From positions 4,178,267 through 4,242,266 of the forward strand of contig CAVNZM010000006.1 in assembly GCA_963693365.1 (NCBI GenBank): 64,000 bases of DNA. Reading direction: 5' to 3'. Both the position numbers and the translations under genes were made by a program. Origin of the DNA: Amoebidium appalachense. Its lineage: Eukaryota; Protista; Ichthyosporea. The notes under the pieces were generated by a model, which did no database searches, was not told the DNA's origin, and saw only the letters and a list, made by a program, of their open reading frames with translations. Below are positions 36,954-64,000 of the stretch, piece by piece; the stretch's first letter is position 1; each line of letters starts with the position of its first letter.

Positions 36954-37654
36954 GTTGCCAGTTGCACGGCAAAAATTCCAGAAGAGAATTTTGCAGGTTT
37001 ACTTGCTAATAACACGGTCAGACATAAACTCGAAATAAATGAGATGAGTAGTGTTCCAGTTGGTATTCGGTGCCTCAGGTACTATGAATGTTGTGCATTC
37101 CGAGAAACTCAAACACGTGGCTATGGTATGGTGGACTCACACCTTAACACGAACACCAAACCTTCACCATAGCTATCCATGCCACGGATTCTTAACATCG
37201 CTCGAAAGGAAAGCTTTTAGATGAACCACCATGAGGGACAAAACGGCATCTGAATCACCAGCACTAGCTGGTGTTATGTTACTATTAAACCATCAGCAGT
37301 ATCGTATTTCCTTAAAGTTCTTCTATACAGACCCACAAAGAATAGCAATTTAGCTCCCTAACAACACCGTCCACCTTGCCCTTTCTTTTTTTTTTTTTCG
37401 CTGTAAGATTTCTTTGCTTAGTAATCCCCCCCCCCACAGACACAATCAACTGTTACACTGCCATCCGGCCACCTTGCACGTTTCCTTTCCCACCTAGTAA
37501 CTCTATTCCTCAGACACAATGACAATTCACTCGACCACCATTTTTGCGCACGTGACTCCGGAGCCTATACACTTCCTCCTCTTCGTCACGGCAGCCACGA
37601 CTGCTAACGGTTGCTGTAGTCAGCCGAGGAAGTTCGCAAAGCCACCCAACACCT

Positions 37655-38950
37655 CTAGTACAGGGATATTACCCAAGCGACACGGCGCAGGTTGCGACAC
37701 TCGGCGAGGGAGTTGTAGTTCTTCACGTTTGGAAGTCTGAAAAGGCTGAGTTTCTCGAGTGTGGCACAATAGGAGAGGGGTCTAACGCTTGTGAGATGGT
37801 TTGCTTCGCCAATGTGAAAGCTCAGGAGTTGGGCGCATTCGCTTACTGCATCGATACAGGTCAACTCAAGGCGCAGAATGGAGATGGATTTGAGCTCGGG
37901 CAACATGAAGACGGAATCGAGGTAGATGCAGCTCAGGTGCTACTCGATGGTATCCCTGACCATGGCTCGTAACATTCACCCAGCCTGTCGAATTGGATGT
38001 GCGTTAATTGCGAGCACCGTGAGATGGCAGTGGTGTCGCGTATTCCAGCACACCTCGCTTCAAGCCGCTTTGAAAAGGGAAACATGGCAAGAGGCGCGAG
38101 AAACTTAAGCCTGCCACCAGGGTCGCAGATGAGGAGCTCCGTGACATCGATGCACGGTTCGGAGGTGAAGGCCACGTTCGGGTTGGCAGACACACCTCTC
38201 TTTATTGGGAATCGAACCGCGAGCTTACGAAGGGGCCAAATGGTGAGGTCTGTGGGGAGATGCTCTTGCTCAACGTCAAGTGCGGTCAGACGCGAGAGGG
38301 TGGTCGGAGGGGTAAGGTCAAGCTGCCTGTGGTTGTTCTTTAGCCTAAGGGACTCCAGCGAGACGATGTGACTAATCGCCTCGATCATCTGCTTATCTAC
38401 TCGTGCGTCTATGTCAAGCGCTTTGAGTTTCTGGAGTTGGGCAAGATCCTCCCACCCGTAAAGTGGAGGAAAGGAAAACGCCGTCACTTTAAGGCTCCAA
38501 AGCTCATCGATGCGCGCACATGTGCCGATGTCTATGCCCCGCCCAGCTGAGAGTTCAATGGCGGTTGCTGGGCGTTTTGGTACCTTGTAGCCGAGGATGA
38601 GCTCTTTAACCCCGTGTGCGCTGTCAGCAATGGTGTGAAGCATGTCGTTCGTTGCAGTGCAAATCTTTATAAGGGTAAGCATGGGCGCACTCGCGACGAT
38701 CGCCTTCATGCACTTGTTTCGATCCACATCCGACTGGTTTAGAACTTTGTACGGGAGGGTGATGGAAGTGAGTGCGTGTGCCCACTTGACCAGTGGTACG
38801 TCCATGAAATTCTTGGGTGCTTTGATTGGGATGGGTGTGGAGCGGACAACGACACACCACCGTCTACAGACGAGGGAACTGGCCTTGCGGTCTCCAAAGG
38901 CATCAAGATAGCCGAAAATCATAGAAAGGGTAGCATCGTCTATGGGGTGA
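37655..38950 (-). pseudogene. F-box / leucine-rich-repeat protein, disrupted near the C-terminus
   Basis: F-box-like HPIDDATLSMIFGYLD..RKASSLVCRRW followed by LxxLxxLxL repeats (LAQLQKLKALDI, IVSLESLRL, LSRLTALDV, LSYCATLEKLSL, LAECRNLRRV). Frame change and stop at ~37930-37960. Start not identified. Confidence 0.7.
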
Positions 38951-39720
38951 CGTGAAAAGAAAAGCGCGTGTCTGTGCTATAGAAAGGAAAGGTAAACACA
39001 GAAAAAGATATTAAGACGTGTGATGCATCTTCAACGACCTTGAAAACTGAAAAACGCGTGAGTTCAAGTGTTACAGAACCAGATATCAGTGATGAAGTGT
39101 GGGAGAAGTTGCCCAGACAATGCGTGTGTGAAATACGTATTTACCACTCTGACTAATTTCCTGTATTTATTTATTACTCTGACTACAATAACTGCTTCAT
39201 AACTATCATGTAAGCTCCATTCCGAATAAGTGCTTCGTTGCTTTAATGAGTCTAAATTGTCTGTCACATGTATTCGCCATTTTAAAAAGGGTGCTTGTAA
39301 AAAGTATGTCACACGAATGTTATTATGCAAAGATTCACTATTCTGAATAATTGCTTGTATGTATGCCACACGGCTATTGACCAAACCAGCTCCTGCCTTT
39401 GACTGCCATATTCTATTCCCAGGAATTGAGAGATGCAATAAAATCTGATTCGACGAATCTTGGTATAGCGTGCCGTAAAACGCAATGGGGAGCAGGGAAG
39501 TGTCAAGTTCAGGGCGTCCCCCCATCCCCCCCCTCCCCCCCCCCCCCCCCCCCCCCTCCCCCCCCCATCCCCCACCCCCCGCTCCCCTTCCTCCATCCCC
39601 CTCCTCTTCCTCCCCCCTCCCCCCCCCCCCCCCCCCCCCGCACTCTCCCCCTCCCGCCTTCCATCCCCCCCTCCCCGCCCCCCAACCGCGGCCCCCCCTC
39701 CCCCCCGAAGAAAACACGCG

Positions 39721-39759
<39 letters not shown>

Positions 39760-40152
39760 CAAACCAAAATCAAACCAGCAAAGTGTGACGTATTGCCTAC
39801 GAGTGCTAGAAAATGGAGTGTGTGGCAGCGCCGGTCGCCGAGGGGTGAAACAGTATTGCATACATAATGTATTTGGACTATCTCCCCTCTCCGAACAGTA
39901 TCATTAGTCCAAGTGCTGTTCGTTTCAATGCCACCCCCCTCCCCCCCCCCCCCCCCCCTCCCCCTCCCCCCCCCCCCCCCCCCCCCCCCCCCCCTTCCCC
40001 CTCCCCTCTCCGGATCCTGGCAACGATAATTGCTAGAACAAAACTTTGAAATCAGCAAAAAAAAAATTCTTGCCCGAACGAAAAACAGAATGAATTAGAA
40101 CCCATCCATCAGTTGTTTATTCATTTATTTTTATTTTCCTTTTTTTTTTTTT

Positions 40153-40196
<44 letters not shown>

Positions 40197-41158
40197 GGTT
40201 GGTTCTAGATATACTATTGAACCACTGCCAACTAGCAGCCCAGTCTAGTACCGGTCGACTTACATCATGGGCCATGCACATGATAATTAATTTCTCTTTA
40301 CATGATAATTCGAAGTGACCAGGAAGAAAACAGAGTTGGATTTTCCCGGATAATCTTTTTACTGCATCTGGCCACCCGGGCCTTACTGTATCTGAATCCA
40401 TTATTGATTTATCTACACCGGACGTAGTTTACAATGATCCACTCATCGGGTTCCGAAATATCGTGCCTACATTCACACTGTACACAGAAAGGCTTAGCGT
40501 TGCACACCAAGGTTATCTATTATCAGTACCGTGCATATGTCATATCAAAGGTAAGCATTCCATTGAGATGCATATAATAACACAAACAATTGCATGTCAA
40601 CGTAATGAGATATCTGCTACACTTCCCCACGTTCTCAGGTCTATCTGCTAGTAGTCTATCCAACAATAATATTCAGTAAACCTGGCCATATGTCCATTCT
40701 AACGTCCGTTAGGAGGCTGCAGCAGTAGCGAGATTCGTCCTACATAGAGTTAAAGAAGTTAAGCAAAACACAGAAGCATTTTCGATATTGTCTTATTGCG
40801 CAGTATTGGAGAAATTGAAAGGCAGCAGAAGAAGCGCAAACCAAAGTATGCCCTCTTCTCCTGATCAGCCATCATCATCTCCCCCCCCCCCCCCCCCCCC
40901 TTCCCCCCCGCCCTTAAAAAAAACAAAAAAAAAAACAAACAAACCATGACACCCCCCCCGCTCAACCGCTGTCTTGCAAACACACGCCGTCACAAAGCCA
41001 AAACCACATTCCAGTCATTCATCCACACCACATCCGTATCACATCAACAAAAAGCCTTCACAACCAATAGCGACCACCCGTCCATTTTTTCCTCCTCGCA
41101 CATGAGCTTGCGATACCACTTTCCCTTGTATGGTTCACAAACACCCCATCCCATTTGG

Positions 41159-63211
<22,053 letters not shown>

Positions 63212-64000
63212 GGTGCAATGGCAAGCTCCGACCTGCAGGTGGCCAAAATTTTGTCAACTACTCCGAACTATGTGTGGGGAAAGAGATTTCATTATTTTTT
63301 AGGATACCTGATTGCAATCGAACCGTGATTCCCCTTCTCAGCTGTGAAACCTAACAGAATTCAATAGCAAAGTGCTAGTGATGTCAATAGAGAAGGCTCG
63401 TGGTGGTGCAAAGTAGTCTGAATTCTACTTTATTATCGTGCACATGTGATAGGCCCCTAAATCGTGTCTATCGTGTTTTGGTGCTCAGGGTTGGTCGAGT
63501 CCAATATCCATCGAGATTAATTTAGTGCGAGTGTGTATAGTTTTCTGTCCCTGGGTTCTATGTCTGTGTTTTTCTTTTCCACTACAAATGCATGTCCATA
63601 AAAAAAACAGCGTCCGTAGGGCCCCCTCCTTAGTCTTTCTTTTGTCCTCATTCGCAGGTGACAGCTTACCTCGGAGCATGCACGCCCAAACTATAAGTAT
63701 TCTTCAAACGCAGTTCGAGTATTGGCAATAAAAGCACCAGAAAATCGTTGTGTTCGCACTAATTTGGTACACAAAACTACGTTGTGTGACAAGTCAAAGT
63801 GAAGAGACTTGCACGTGAAGTGACAAAATTCTGATGTTTACGAACTGCGAGGAGCCAGAAAGCACGGACCTCCCCGGCGCCTATGCTGATTGGCCAACTA
63901 TTGACTTCCTAGATGCGACGCCCTTTGAGCCGATTGTTGCTCTCAGGCATATACAACACGAAAATGTAGAATTTCCACACGTAAAATTCAAATATTGACA

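Noticed and set aside
39064-40401. Possible RNI-like LRR exons (NQILLHLSIPGNRI)
   Set aside because: A single weak repeat; a consistent spliced ORF could not be assembled

Overview
Eukaryotic genomic DNA with GT-AG introns packed with poly-G/poly-C tracts and (CA)n/(TG)n microsatellites. An opisthokont, probably unicellular holozoan, source is inferred from the gene content and an animal-type tRNA-iMet primer site. Most ORF-track entries are microsatellite artefacts. Host genes: a canonical 8-repeat Pumilio (+, ~0.1-9.4 kb); an intronless secreted GGA/FxxN beta-helix gene (-, 11.9-13.0 kb, one homopolymer frameshift); a 4-exon bacterial-type GNAT with a mitochondrial-like presequence (-, 24.7-28.8 kb); a broken Thr-rich mucin-like ORF; a disrupted F-box/LRR gene; and a 22-kb class V-like myosin (-, 41.2-63.2 kb). 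A nested transposon cluster spans 13.6-21.9 kb. It consists of an internally deleted PIF/Harbinger element (15-bp TIRs, TTA TSD) carrying an intact APE-RT LINE (8-bp TSD, polyA), followed by a young 1.29-kb non-coding LTR element (211-bp LTRs, GAAT TSD, tRNA-Met PBS, long internal hairpin, no evident PPT). Some myosin introns contain degenerate tandem copies of their own splice junctions. All calls were made by eye, with no database searches.
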